From Takakia lepidozioides (Eukaryota; Plantae; Bryophyta): 64,000 nucleotides of DNA. Location: NCBI GenBank assembly GCA_030704615.1, contig CM060732.1, positions 28,458,001 to 28,522,000 of the forward strand. The letters run 5' to 3'. A program made the position numbers and the translations under genes. Of this stretch, positions 24,131 to 37,629 are shown in pieces; the first letter of the stretch is position 1, and each line of letters starts with the position of its first letter. Under the pieces are notes generated by a model, which saw nothing but the letters and a program-made list of their open reading frames with translations, did not search any database and had not been told where the DNA came from.

Positions 24131-26443
24131 CTGTCATGAGGGGACCTATAGCCGCAGAATTCGGCACCATTTTTCGCCAGAGAGACCTATTACCGCGAAA
24201 TACGTCGTCGTTTTTTCAGGTTACGGACCCTATTACCGCGAAATTCGGCGCCATATTTGCACATGTCGCTGGGAATTGGCATGAGCGGAAGACGAAATAT
24301 CATGAGCACAACTGTCAAAACTACAATTTTCCCTTCAAGGGGCCGAATAATATATTTGTTTTTCCTGGCACATTGCATTAAATTAATGTTTTTTATTGTT
24401 TTTTTATTTTCAAAATTTGTACTTCTGCTCATGAAAACCAATTGTCTTACTACTCCGCTCATGCAGCTCATGCCGCTCATGCTCATGAAATAGCTAACCT
24501 CGAAGCATGGACTGAAGCACTGAAACAGAGATGAGAGTGCACTGAAGAGAGTGCAGTGCAGCATAGAATAAAGCAGGAGCCAAACGAATTGAATCGAGAA
24601 CAGGCCACATGAATCGAGAACAGGCCAACACAAAACATGAAATAGAAGACAAAAAGAGGAAGTTTTCAATGCTGTACCTGCTTGTGCCGGCCATTTCGGT
24701 GTCCATGCAACCACAGTCCTTCGTTTGATACTCTCTTCCGCACCTCCACCTGCAAGCTGGTAATTGCCCTGTGCTCTCGCTTCACTCGTCTCTCTCCACT
24801 CGCAACAGTCATGTCTCTCCTACCCGCTCTTCAAATTTCACTTATTTCACTCTCTTACCTTTCACCCTCTCCTCTCTCTGCACTCGGCCTAATCTGCTCT
24901 CTTTCTCTCCACGCTCCAGTGTCCAGCCGCTGCAAAACGCGCTCCAAAACTCTTCTCTTTCACGCTCTCATCTCTCAAGTGTCAAGCTCTCACTCGCACA
25001 GCGCTTACGCGTAGATAATGAGAAGCCCAAAGGCCGGGCTCAAAGAGCGCACCCCTTATAAGCGACCTTCAGGGATGATCTAAACCATCGCCTCCGTCCA
25101 GAATCGAACGGTCGCGCGGCCCAAATGGATGTTCTGCCCCATCCATGCAAACTAACATTAATACTGTCCATCCACACAGATGAAATTAGTTCAATCTTTG
25201 TTTCAAATTGACAGACGAATGTACACACGTTTGGACAGACGACTCAACTGACGAATGAAAAAAAGACGAAATGACTGTAATGACGCCATTGGTCAGACTC
25301 TGCAACCCTCACGCTTACAAAAATCTTAAAATAGATTCGAAGCCGCAAAACCTTAACCCACTCCCCAAACGCACATGTGACTACCCACGTGGCACCGTTT
25401 CGAATGCAATCTGCCAGAGGACACAACGGTGTACCTACGGATTCATCACACAGTATAATCATTGTCTCATTATGAGCCGTCCACAATCACTTTCGGCTGT
25501 TAGCCGCGAGGCGTCAATATTCCCTGACAACACCCGCAAGCTCTATGTGACATACGGCTTTAAGGATAGTAGATGGCCCTCGTGTCGGGCATTCCTCGAT
25601 TTAAGGTCCAGAGCCGAAGGGAATGCCCATTTATCGAGGAATAACCGACACGAGGGGTCCATCCCTACATTAAACATGTGCAAGCAAGCAAGGCATGACA
25701 CAACATTCCGCACACCTGTAATGCACCGCCCTCGCTGTCCAATGCAATGCGCCGGCCTGTAATGCCCCGCCCTGCCCAAGTGTTTTATTCACTGTAACAA
25801 CACGACAAATATAAACAGAAAAATTTCAAAGTGCTTTATGGTTCACCTCCGGATTCCTCCCAGCTTGTAATGATCGATTGTTAATGTGCAGTCCAGAATT
25901 TATTGTGGCGATTAGCCGCATGACTTCATTTCTCCCGGCCACTTGTTAGAATCGGCATCCTCCACGCTTATTCTAGAATCTGCTGTCAAAGCCGCATGAT
26001 AATGATGCTAGACATGTAGTCCTACTAACGTACCGGTACAATAGAATCCAGTGTGATCGCGGCCGTTATCGTTGTTCCATAATTAATGTGACAATGGCTG
26101 TTGTCAATTAATGAAAAATTGTGCACACTTTCAATGAAGCTTTGATTTCGCGAGTTGAAATAAGCCGTTCGATTCCGCCTTAATCCATGGTGGCCACAAT
26201 CGATCCGGGAGAGGAGGCATACCAGAGTGCCATTGGAGCGATTCAAGATGAAAGTTACTTGTCACCTCTATATAACGTCCGACTCCACACAGCACCAACT
26301 TCCCACTGCGAACCTCTCACTTGCTTCTTTTCTCTCGTGCACCTATGGACATCCTGCACCTCTCTTGACGACGTGCACCTCTTTGCCTGTCCTGCACCAC
26401 TCTGCCCATATGATACTTCTGAAGCAGCCTCTGAGTCTCTCTC

Positions 26444-26535
26444 TGCAGCGCACTGTAGGGGGGGGTTACACAGCCCGGCACAGCCACACAGCCAACACAG
26501 CCCGTCACAGTCGTCACAGCCGCACCAGCTACACT
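26444..26535 (+). repeat. Short fragment related to the Gypsy family LTR (opposite orientation)
   Basis: gcagcgcactgtaggggggggttacacagccc...cacagcc matches the reverse complement of LTR sequence ~3100-3220. Confidence 0.65.
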
Positions 26536-27554
26536 TGCTTTTGTTTGTCTAAAGTTACTTCCAAACCTCCGTGCTGGGCAGTCGCCACATTATTATTCAT
26601 CCATCCCTAGAATCATTTTCTCATCTACAGTGGGCCTCTTCATTATCCATTGTTCATCCATGTGGTTGATTTCATCAACAAATATCATCCAACCTCCACT
26701 GTCCAGTGGAGGTTGGCATTTGTGACTTCTTCTGACAGTTCAGATAGATGTAGTCATATTGTGCTATAGTCTGCCCTCATACTCCACTTCAATTCCAATT
26801 GTCTTTCATCAGTCTCGGGATAGATCCAAACATTGACTTTACCTTTTCAAACCATATTGTTTTTATCATTCAAAACCGTCGAAAAAGTTCTGCTTCAACT
26901 CTTCTTTTCGGTGTCACGACGTTTTTTTGTTCAGTTTATCTTCCTTCCCGTAATCCGATTTTATTGCACCTCCAAATTCATGGGGTTCCAAGTAGGCCAA
27001 AGGGTGTTTCTGTCGCTTCCTGGATCTCCGTCAGTGGTTGCCTCAGGAGATTGTCTGAATGTCTTTGGGAAGGAACTTGCCACAGACACCACTTGTGTTC
27101 GTCTACCATTACAATTATCCTGATCTTTTATGACGATGCATTCGGCTCGTGTCCTCTGCCTTATTGACACCTGGATGCTGACACATTGAAGGAGGTGATT
27201 GGGACTCCAGTTGTGTGGGACATCTCATGTGTTCACCCGCATGAAACTGTGGATTCAGCATCTCAAAGAAACCCGAGATCTCATTCCATCACAGAAGATT
27301 GTGATTGTCAAGGACAATTCACTGAAAGCAATGAAATTCCGTCCAACGGTGAGACTGAAGGGGATCCGGCTGTAGGTCTTGGGATAAATTGTTGGAGAAA
27401 CTTGTAGTGCTGTCTTCTTGGGGAGGACGGAAACCCCCTGTTCGAAGGCCGAATTCAGGCATGCATTCCTAACGAGATCATTCTAAATGACAAACTCGGA
27501 GAGGACGATGTTGGGGTTCTGGTCACCAGAACAATCTCTGGAGAATCTGGTTAT

Positions 27555-30235
27555 ATGATGTCCATTGTGAAATGGCCGTTAACAAAAACAAGACTTCTTG
27601 AAAATGGCCAGATACTCTCCGTTGATCTCGAAAATTTCTTGCGATCATGCAGTGACATGGAAAATGAGGTCCATGGTACAGGCGTGAAGAAAACAGCCTA
27701 CAGGTGTTTTACTAGGAAGAAGAAATCGTCCAATTTGGAGGACTCAAAAGAGTGCAAGAAAAAATTTACTTTAGAGGAAGTGAGGTCGGTGAGCAGCAAA
27801 CCTTGCTGCAAGCTTCAGTGCTGCCAGTATTTTGATTAGAGAAAAACCTTGGCAATTCGTACTGCATTTTGGGGTTCGTCATTCGATGAGAGGCGAGAAC
27901 TTGGATTGAATGTTTCAAAATGACTTCACATCATGGAAGGGGCATCGCGTAGGTCGTCGTATGTTACGATAGAAGGTGTTGAGGTTTGTGAGAAAGCATG
28001 GTGGATAATACACGGAATTGGAAGGTCAACGTACATGGAGTACAAAAAGCTCATTAAAGAGGGTTGTTTGACATCTTTCCACGAAAATCATGGCATCAAG
28101 CGGCCTCAACTAGGGACACTCCAGGCAGAGGGGAACATTATGTCCATTATCAATGCCAATACTGACCTTATGCCTCACAAAACACGTTGCATTGGAGAGG
28201 GACGTCGGGATACTTTGAGAGTTTTGCCACCCGAAATGAACTGGAAGAGAATTCGAGATGAGTCCAACGAGGTGACTTTTATTCGATGTCCCCTTTTCTT
28301 TTTTCAAAATACTATTTGTGATTTTATTCGTGTTGATGCCATCATACCTTCTTGTTCTTCCACTTTATAGAGCTTCCACTGCCCAGTGGACATTGACATT
28401 ATTGGGGAGTTGGGGTGTAGACGAACGTGGAGGTTCGGAAAACCGGAAGCACCTTTGCTAAGTGCACAGAATGCGAGATGTTGAAGGACTTGATCAAGAA
28501 GTCTATTAAGATGAGTACCGAAAAATGTCACACATAAGCGGACGCTTGATTTGCACTTGAGGCATCAAGAGTCATGCAGAAGGCTGTACCATAGCTGCAG
28601 GAATGAGTCCGTTATGATTCCAAAGGAGTTCCTGTGTATTATTCACGATAAGATGGATCATAGGAAAACAACTATTCTGAGGCTACAGACGACGAACAAG
28701 ATGGTCTTGGGATTGGGTCAGTTGTTTGTCTCATTGACAGGAATGGTTACGCAGGGACATGGTGATGGAGCTTACGCTCAATTTTCTCTTGAGTTTTGGA
28801 AGGGAAAATTCAAACTTCACAATTGGGTCGTTGGCTCAGTGCCTGCGCCAACTGGAAAAGCCGACATGTCGGGAATCCAGGAACATTTTTGACACTGCAG
28901 TTCAAAATGATTTTTTTGAAATGCTCATGAGAGGTAAATCGACATCTTTGGATGCTTGAAACCCTGCAGGCCGCAAGATAAACGTGGTGCTCGACCACTT
29001 CCTAAACGACTTTATTTGAAGATAGACAACTCCTCCAAGGACAATAAGAACAGATGGATGCTTGCTTTCCTATCCCTCCTCACTGCCAAAGATGTCTTTG
29101 AAGAGATCCAGCTTGGTTTTCTCATGGTCGGGCACACCTATGAGGATATTGACGGATTCTTTAGCTATCTCTCGAAGAAGCTAAAGGAACGCAAGCACCT
29201 ACATTCTTCCGGATTTGATGAGGTCATTCATGATATCCCAAGATATGCAATTCATTCCTCAAATTATTCAGGAGGTTCCCGACTTCAAGAAGTTTGTTAA
29301 GGGTTATATTCTTGATGGAAATGAGGCTTTGGTCGGGATCTCAGAGATGCACGTCTTTCGGTTTTTTAAGGATGCGGATGGTTGGCCTGTTATGAAGTAC
29401 AAGAAGTCAGCTACTGATTCGGAGTGGCTTCCTACAAACTCTAGCGTTAAGATGTGGAAGTTCAACCCTGACATGACTCCAAATCTCCCTGAAGGAGACC
29501 CAAATGTCGTTCCAAGAAGACCGATATGGGGAGTCGGGGACGACTCCTCCGAAAAACAGTCCTTCATAAAAAATGGTATTAAGAAATACAGAGATTTTTG
29601 GACCAAAGGAATGTTGCTTGACGATCATTACCGAGATGTAATGGAACAATACGACCAATACTGGGGAAATATTCTCGCCGAACTTGATAAGCCAATGCAG
29701 GAAATTTCGGAGTGTATTCAGCTTCTTGAGGGATTCTAGCCGATAACAAATTGGTCCTCAAACCATCAGAGGGATGGCATCTAGCCACAGATAGTGCAAG
29801 ATATGGAAGATGAGGATGAAGTTCTAGAACCTTACTGTGGCCCTAGGTGCGAGCGTCCAAAGATACCCTTGAATCCGTTCAAGGATATTGAGAAAGGGTT
29901 TTTTTGTGCTCGTTCGCCCTCATGACCCAACGACGTGCCCGGTCTGGATGGGAATGGCAATTTCAGATGTCATTAGAGAAAGGGAGGATCCTAATTATAA
30001 GAAAGTGAAGGTGGAGTGGTGGAGACCGAAGAAAGGAGGTAACCCATCAGACATGGAGAGGTACAAGGACTGCTGGTCAAAAGTTTGGGAGTACAACTCG
30101 TCAGATCCTGCTCAATGGATCCACCTGAACAATGTCGTGTGGACAATGCCGCCACGAAAAAATACGACAAGAAATAGCACCAAGAGAATTACAGCGGTGG
30201 AAGTAGTGAAGGTGTGCGAATTTGGAGGAGGCTAA
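27555..30235 (+). pseudogene. Sola-like DDD/E transposase remnant, frameshifted, probably intron-containing
   Basis: CCKLQCC; VCEKAWWIIHGI; IIHDKMDH; LYLKIDNSSKDNKN; FLMVGHTYEDIDGFFS; termini not identified. Confidence 0.7.
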
Positions 30236-30439
30236 CCTTCAGCCAATACCTGAATGTTACCTTTTTGCGAACCACTTTCCGTCCGTGGATTAAATGTTGA
30301 GGTCATTTCCGGTCCTTCGTTTTAAGATATAAAATTTTCTTTATGTTTTTTTCCCTTCATGTTTGCGTTGGGGGATCTTTCCTGTTTTCTTTTTTTTGTC
30401 ACACTGAACCTCGAGTGGGCAGTGGACCCTTATCCTAGT

Positions 30440-31510
30440 AAAACCCTTTACCCTAAACCCTTTACCCTAAAAGATCCTTAAGCATTTATCCCTAAACCCT
30501 TACCATTCCTTTTGCAAATAGGATTGTACTATCCATACCATAACCAATAATGGTTATGGACCTTATGGTAATCCAAATCTCTTCTCCCTTCCTTTTTGCG
30601 CTACTTTTCTCGTTTGTTTTGGATTCACATGCGCTTACCCTTACATACTAGTGTGCTTTCTATGTATCTTAAGACCAGGTTCCAACGACAAGTCGTTAAT
30701 TTAAATACTTGTCAGTCTCAATGACTCTTCCATATTATTTGTTTCTCCATTTTTATTTTTATTTTTTTTACCATTATACACACCAAGTTCTAGTGAGTGC
30801 GAGTCTTCTATATTTGTTTATCCATTTGTACCTTTACCATCACCCCTAAACCCTTACCCTTTGCTTTACCCTTCCCTTAATCCTTCCATAGGCTTAAGCC
30901 GGACCCTTAGTACCCTAAACCCTTACCCTTCCCTTTACCCTGGCCTTAATCCTTACCCTAAGCTTAAGCCTGTCACTTACTACCCTAAACCATTACTCTT
31001 ACCATATACCAAAAATCAGGTTAGTGTACTACCCTACTTACACTCCAAACCAAGTTATTGTACTACCATGTGTGAGTCTTCCATATTTGTTTGTCCCTTT
31101 CTACCCTAAATCCAAACCCTAAGCCCTAAACCCTTACCCTTCCCTGTACCCTTCCCTTAATCCTTACCCTAAGCTTAAGCCTGACCCTTAGCACCCTAAA
31201 CCATTACTCTTACCATATACCAAAAAACCTTAGTGTAGTACCCTACTTAAACTCCAAACCTTATTGTACTACCATGTTACCTCTTGTAAAATTTGTATCA
31301 TTCTCTTTTAATGTTTTCTATAATTTTGTTGGATAACGTATGATAGAATGATTACATGGATATCAAATTCCCCTTACATTTTTACATTCTATGGAGGGGA
31401 GTCTTCCATATTTGTTTCTCTCTTTCTACCCTAAATCCAAATTCTAAACCCTTCTCCTCACCACAAACTTGGACCTTATTGCACTTAATATATCTAGTTA
31501 CACCCCAAAC
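30440..31510. repeat. Degenerate telomere-like (CCCTAAA/CCCTTA) repeats in duplicated blocks
   Basis: accctaaacccttaccct, cccttaatccttaccctaagcttaagcc recur; blocks ~30840-31110 and ~31100-31280 are duplicates. Confidence 0.75.
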
Positions 31511-33096
31511 CTTATTTTACTACCATAGTAGGTCATCTTCCTAATGTTTCAAGCTATTTTAATATTTTACTGCCCTTCTCACACCCAAAACATCATTCCA
31601 ATGGCATTGTCTCTGAATATTGTGCTTGTCAACATGAAGATTCAATCAAAATTACTATCAAGTTATATCGAGTATGGTAGAGTAGGAGTCTACCCCATGT
31701 TCGATTCGACACATTTGTTTAATATCGTGATTACATAATATAATATTACATCATTCGACTTCCCAGTGGACGTTCAATGAATTGTTCAGTACTGCAACTT
31801 CACAAGCACTTCAATGTCAAATGGATATCTTATATGTCACATTTTGAAGCAAGTATGACATCACCAATATTTAAATTAATTTTAATTCAAATATATATTA
31901 AGTTTGGTCCGGATTTAAGCCAAAAGTCCAGAATCAGTTAGTGATTTTTAAAACAAGATGTAGTACAAGAGTATGTAAGTGAAGAAACTAGTATTGCCAA
32001 GAGATCTTTACGCGCAAGATTCATTCTTTCAGGCAAACTCGAGAAACAAACCCTAAATATCAAAAACTGAATGAATCCCAGTATCAAGTTACGGATGCAA
32101 CAAAGAAAGAGAACCCTAGAGAGCAAACCCTACATCCTGCCGAAAATCGACAAAACCATCTCCAACCCGTTCATCAGCTTTTCTTTAATGAACTACAATT
32201 CCAAAGTCTAACCATCAACCAATGTTGTTGAACTGCATCTATCATGTAATGCGCAACTAGAATTCTACATATACATCACAAACAGCCATGTCTGTCGAAG
32301 GATCCACGCAGGTCAGAAGCATCAAAATATTGAAGATAGCAGCTAAGAACAAGAATTGCTAACACTTTCTTGACCACTTTTTAGGAAAGAATACACACCC
32401 GCAGCAGCAGCGGGTTCAATGAGGGCAAGAAGAGATGCTTTCATATCATCATCGTCGGCATTAAATATTTCAGTATGCGGTTTGCGGGGGTTGCTATTCC
32501 ATATGCACAGGTTGCGTGCATGCATGCACAAAATCCCTTATTATATATGCATGTGACAAATTTGTATGCACACATTGTAGATTGTATGCAGTGGAGTTAT
32601 ATAACATATAATACGACGTATTTATTGCATATGCAAATGTTACATCATATGTATATAGAAAAAAAATAAAAAAATCTTAGCTAACAAAATCAGTAGTCAA
32701 TGGTCAAAGATGCATGTGACCACTAACTCCAACTAATGCACCACCTTAAACTGAAGAGAATACAAGATCCCTGGCCAAAGTAATAGTTTGCAAACTTGTA
32801 TTCAAGGAAAACAGTTTCATATTAACCAAAATATAGATTTTTGTACTAACAAATGCATATGTGTCATGTTTGGAACCACCACATTGCATGTATGTTTGTA
32901 ATGCCAAGCAGTTCTATAATTTGAAAACTTGTATGACAGGTACACAAGTTCCATTTTAACCAAAATAGGAACTTCTGTACTAACAAATGTTATGTGTCAT
33001 GTTTAGAATAAAGTAGTAACAAGATAATTACATGTCACATGCATGAAAATGAACGGCACAAGTTAGAGGTTCTTTTTTTGTGCATTTCATGTGTCA

Positions 33097-36000
33097 CTAA
33101 GAAGTTGAACTAGGGTCCTTCTTTAGCATAGCCCTAACCTCTAACTGGCTAAGGGAAGGTTGGTGGATCTCATAAGCCCCGGCGCATCCTAGATGCACGT
33201 TGTACATGAAGTACATGTGCTTACAAGGTAGATATGTTTGTTTTTTCTTCTTGACAGATAGCTCATCAAAGTCGGGACAATCACAAGATGGAAACTGACC
33301 AATGTATACATTGTAAACCAATCCTGCTTTGGTAGATCCCTCTGTTTGTAGCTGGTAAATTCTCCCATAACCTGGCTGAGGCAATCCACGAACCTCAGCA
33401 ATAAGAGTCTCCGCTGACTCTTGGCGACTCAAGTGTCGAGGAGTCGGATCCCGACGCCGAATGCGCACCCCATAGCACTCCTGGAGTATGAGTGCCCACC
33501 GTGCAAGCTTCCCCGTAAGCTTGTCTGACTCCATCAACCACTTGAGTGGATGGTGATCCGTGACAAGGGTGAAAAGATTGCCGTATAGATAGCACCTGAA
33601 GTGTGCCACGGCCCACACTGCAGCTAAGCACTCTCCCTCATATGAGCTGTACTTAGCCTCTACAGCGTTGTTCGAGCGGCTAACATAAGCCACTACGAAC
33701 TCTCTTCCCTCATCATCCACCTGTGTGAGCACTGCTCCAAGCCCCAACATGCTCCAATCCGTATGCAGCTGAAAGGGACGCCCCCTGATAGGTCGTCTCA
33801 GGATAGGCGCCGAGGTCAACCTCGCCTTGAGCTCTTGAAAAGCTCGTTCCTGCTCATCTTCCCACTGCCACTCCTGGTCCACCTTGGTCAGCTTGGTTAG
33901 AGCCTTTGCAAGGGTACTAAATCCCTTGACAAACCGTCTATAATAATTTGCCAACCCCATGAAAGCTCGAACTCGGCTCACATTCGTGGGGCGTGGAATT
34001 TGTGCAATGGCCTCTACCTTAGTCTGTTGTACCCCCAATCCTCCAGGAAATATCATGTGACCCAAATACTCAATCTGGTTGTGGAAAAACTTGCACTTCC
34101 TCGGATGCAACTTCAATCCGTGCGCTCTCAAGCGCTCCAATACCACCTGAAGGTGTCTCTCATGCTCCTCCATCGTAACACTAAAGATGATGATGTCATC
34201 TATGTAGCACCGAGCAAAGTCCACCCCTGTTAGAATCCTATCCATGACTCTCTGAAACTCTGCAGCAGCATTCTTAAGCCCAAATGGTAAGAACCGCCAC
34301 TGACATAGGCAATCCTTGCCGTGCTCATTGATCCCCCATAATGCCGTCTTCTGCTTGTCCGCCTCCTTGATTGGCAACTGGTGATATCCGGATTGTAAAT
34401 CCAAAGTGCTAAAGGCCTTAGCATGCCCGATGGCATCAAAGATCTCCTCTGGTGTTGGCATGACATACTTATCGGACTTGGTCTGACGATTTACCACAGG
34501 AAGGACAACACCTTGATGAATATGTTGTTCCACTGGAAGTGGTCCCACAGGAAAGTTCGGATCAGGAACGTTGGGAGGATGGACTAGTCGAAAACCTGCA
34601 AGGGTCAAGTTGTCCACCTCTTCTTGTGTAAGGTTGGTTCCAACCTTCACAGGCCACATGTTAGGTATACCCGGTTTTCCCAAGCAATAGGATGGCACGG
34701 TCCCTCCAACACACGACAAAACATCTGTGGGGCAAAACCAAAAAACTTGCAGTTTTGGTTCTTTCATGTTCGGTGCTAGTAACTTGCCAGTGAAGCAAGG
34801 TGCAGGACTTCCTTTACCTTTCCTGATGAGCGCTTTGCATTTATCCTTGGAAACTCCAACCAAGGCAGAACAACGAACCATGGAAGCAGGACCTGTCCGC
34901 TGAATCCTGAACAATGCATCGGAAAAGTCTTGTGTCTCTCTCACTGAATTTCCCCATTGCATTGGCTGAGGAGGGATAGCAACATGTGGATTTGTCTCAC
35001 AGAAAGTCGAAGAACCAGGAATGTCATGACTTGATTTGGAGCTGACAAACCTAGATGGCTGGTGTGGACTGGGCATCCCAGTGGCGCGCACTGGAACAGT
35101 CTTTACATTCATATCACACCTCCAAGATTCATTTGGCCCACCATGCTCATCGCCTAACTTGCGTTTGACTGGAATAGTGCGATTGTCTCCCTCCAATTGA
35201 ACCCCCCTTCTGTGCATGGGTGTTCCAGCTACTATGCCACGTACAACCTTACCCATTTTTGCTGGGCTATTAGATCTATCTGCTTGACGCAATATGAGTT
35301 CCTCTTTGTCGGGCCCCGTCCCCCATGTCTTTCCTGTGGTGTGCCTGTAAAATGTTGCCTGCTGCAAAAGAGCTCGTGACATGTCATGCATGGTGGCCTC
35401 ATAGAGATCCACCTTCATTTTTTTCCCATTGCCTGCTGTCTTCCACCAAGCAGAATGGACAGCCTCAGACAAATTAGTGGTAGGCATATCTGCATCTGCC
35501 TCCACATCCATGTCCTCTCTCATCCATTGGCCCCACATTCGATATCTGTAGTGCCACCATGCAAGCCATGAATCCAGTTTTGGCAGACTCTTTTCTGTGC
35601 ATGCTCCTGAAGAGAGCCACCAAGCCCGAATTGCAATGTATGTGGTTGTAGCATCCTCCAAGGTAGCACTATCTTTCCATTCATAACAGAGCTGAGTGTG
35701 CCTTTCAAAGAAGTCCTCCAAGATATAGTCGTTGGTGTGTCTTCGGAGGCTTTCAGCCCAATGATATAAACATGTTCTTTCTTTACCTTCTATTGGGACA
35801 TTGGGATCAGATCCATAAACCCTTCGAACAGCAGCTCAATTCGCTCCTGCTGCATCCGCCATGAAGCCAGCAAAATTTGGTCTGTTCAAGCCAGCAAGTT
35901 TTGCTTGTTCATTGATCATCTCCTAGAATAACACCTGAGCATCTGCATCCTCTGTTTTCATATCGCAAATGGCAATGGTCATCATTCGCTTGACATATGG

Positions 36001-37629
36001 TTCATAGACATGACACGCAAGAGTTGTCCAATCCTTGATGCGTTTGACATGGTCAAATACTACCCAGCTTGTGCGTAGATCCCCCTCACTCATGCGACGC
36101 ACAAGTTGAACACCACTCCCGGGACCAGCAACAGACATCTTGAAAACATGGGGGAGATGAGAAGTATGCTGGCCTGGAAGGAGATTGCTGTGAATGAAAT
36201 GGTATGTACTCAGACGCTTCAACTCCAATATGGACATGATGGAATTGACACGTGCAGATGTGACCTTGTTTTTCACATTGGGGCTACAAACATGGGCAAA
36301 CTCTTCAAGAATATCTTCCAAAGCCTCTCCCTCAAGACGTACTGTCTCTGTGCCATCAGCCACAAGAACTCGATCAATCAAGAGCTTTTGGGCCATTGAC
36401 AAGGAAATAGCTCCCGGGGTCGACCATGGCTTCATCTTAACATGCTCTTGAATCATGCTTGATGCATTTTCCGCAGCATCTCTATTCTCACCCTTGGCAC
36501 ATGGATGGTTATGAAACCCAACGTGAACTGCAACACGTGTATATGTTGGAAGGGAACTTGTGACATAGTACATTCTTGCCCCACAATGCGCCTCACAGAA
36601 AGGTCTTTTTTGTAGAAACTACACTTGAACTGGTTGAATGGAACTTGGGCTCATGCAATGAACACCTTGTTTGCATTGCCTTCCCAATAGCGGTCATTCC
36701 GTTCTCCTTCTTTCTTGAAGAAGGGGCAAGTGCTGCTTTGACATATGAGCTTTCCAACACAAAGAACCTTACTACATTTCACATGATCTGGAACACCAGA
36801 CATATTGTAGGTATTGGTCTTGCACCAAGGATGACCATCAAACTTGCGGTCCATGCCTTGGAGGGACTGTGAACCACGGTCCGTACGTAGTTTGACCACG
36901 GGGGGGGAGTTCGTGGATCACTTTTCCATCAAAAGCTCGAGGAAGACACCGAACACGATGCACTGGAATGTGACTATAGTCCAAGGTAGAAAGCTCTCAT
37001 TTTGATCCATTCCTCCGAGCAGTGGCCAAAATACTCAAAATGGACAATACACCAGAAGGAAATGCAGATGTAGCCTCCCCTGCTAGTCGTGGAGATGAAG
37101 ATAAACCCCTCGCAGATTCGCAACAATCAGACGTGGTGTTGTCCAATGGAGTTTTCCGAGGCTTCATGTCGTGAAGCAAGACCGTATGAGCAGATGATGA
37201 AGGTTGAGATCCACAAAATACACTCTTAGAAACCTCAACACAATCCGAATTATGAGACCCCAAGCTCGCCGAATCTGCAACCTCCTCCTTCAATTTACAA
37301 CTCCCATTTGTTGCAGCTTGATCGTTCTTTCTTGCAATAGAAGTGTGTCTCTCATCATGTGACTGTGTATAGCTCGTACCTGTGACACGGTACTTGGAGA
37401 AAGTGTCTGGAAACAACTTCCATTGCTTTTGGTCGTCATTGAAAACTGGAAGCAATACTGTGGAGGCATCATCATCTCCATCATCCTCCAAAAAAACTGA
37501 ACCCGGAACAAGTTTGAATCTATTGCATAACCAAGGTTCTGGGATAATGCACTTGTTTCCATTGCAAGGATAACGAACCACTTTTGCATCAGGTGGACAT
37601 GAAAGCAATGCATATTTTGGTGTAGACAT
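33097..37629 (-). pseudogene. MULE transposase (GCM-like Zn region, DDE core, SWIM) with in-frame RT-RNaseH insert
   Basis: DGHPWCKT; WVVFDHVKR; GFMADAAGAN; RTCLYHW; PTTNLSEAVH; SWIM CDCPDF...PCKHMY; two Trp-to-stop changes at ~35840-35925 and N-terminal frameshifts. Confidence 0.85.
33481..34494 (-). other. 1014-bp Gypsy RT-RNaseH fragment inserted in frame in the transposase
   Basis: FSTLDLQSGYHQ, LPFGLKNA, YIDDII, YLGH, HTDWS, YEGECLA, VTDH, LARWALILQ; no LTR or TSD; begins GTAAAT and ends CTCCAG on the minus strand. Confidence 0.93.

Larger units (their letters stand above)
19339..24333 (+). mobile_element. Mutator-like (MULE) element 1, left end missing
   Basis: Transposase remnant; subterminal motifs (ggccgaaaactggc, ggcgccgaattt) inverted between the two sides; putative right terminus ...ctacaattttccc (rc GGGAAAATTGTAG); no left TIR or TSD found. 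Confidence 0.72.

Noticed and set aside
26251-26560. 10-bp direct repeat aaagttactt flanking ~290 bp as a TSD
   Set aside because: No TIR, tail or clear termini; may be chance in AT-rich sequence.
30440-31510. True telomere or chromosome-fusion scar
   Set aside because: Repeats are degenerate, interspersed, single-orientation and in duplicated blocks.
33097-35721. 874-aa ORF as an autonomous novel RT-transposase retroelement
   Set aside because: RT lacks its N-terminal motifs, RNase H lacks its last Asp, the upstream transposase has stops, and the paralog lacks the insert; kept only as an insertion finding.
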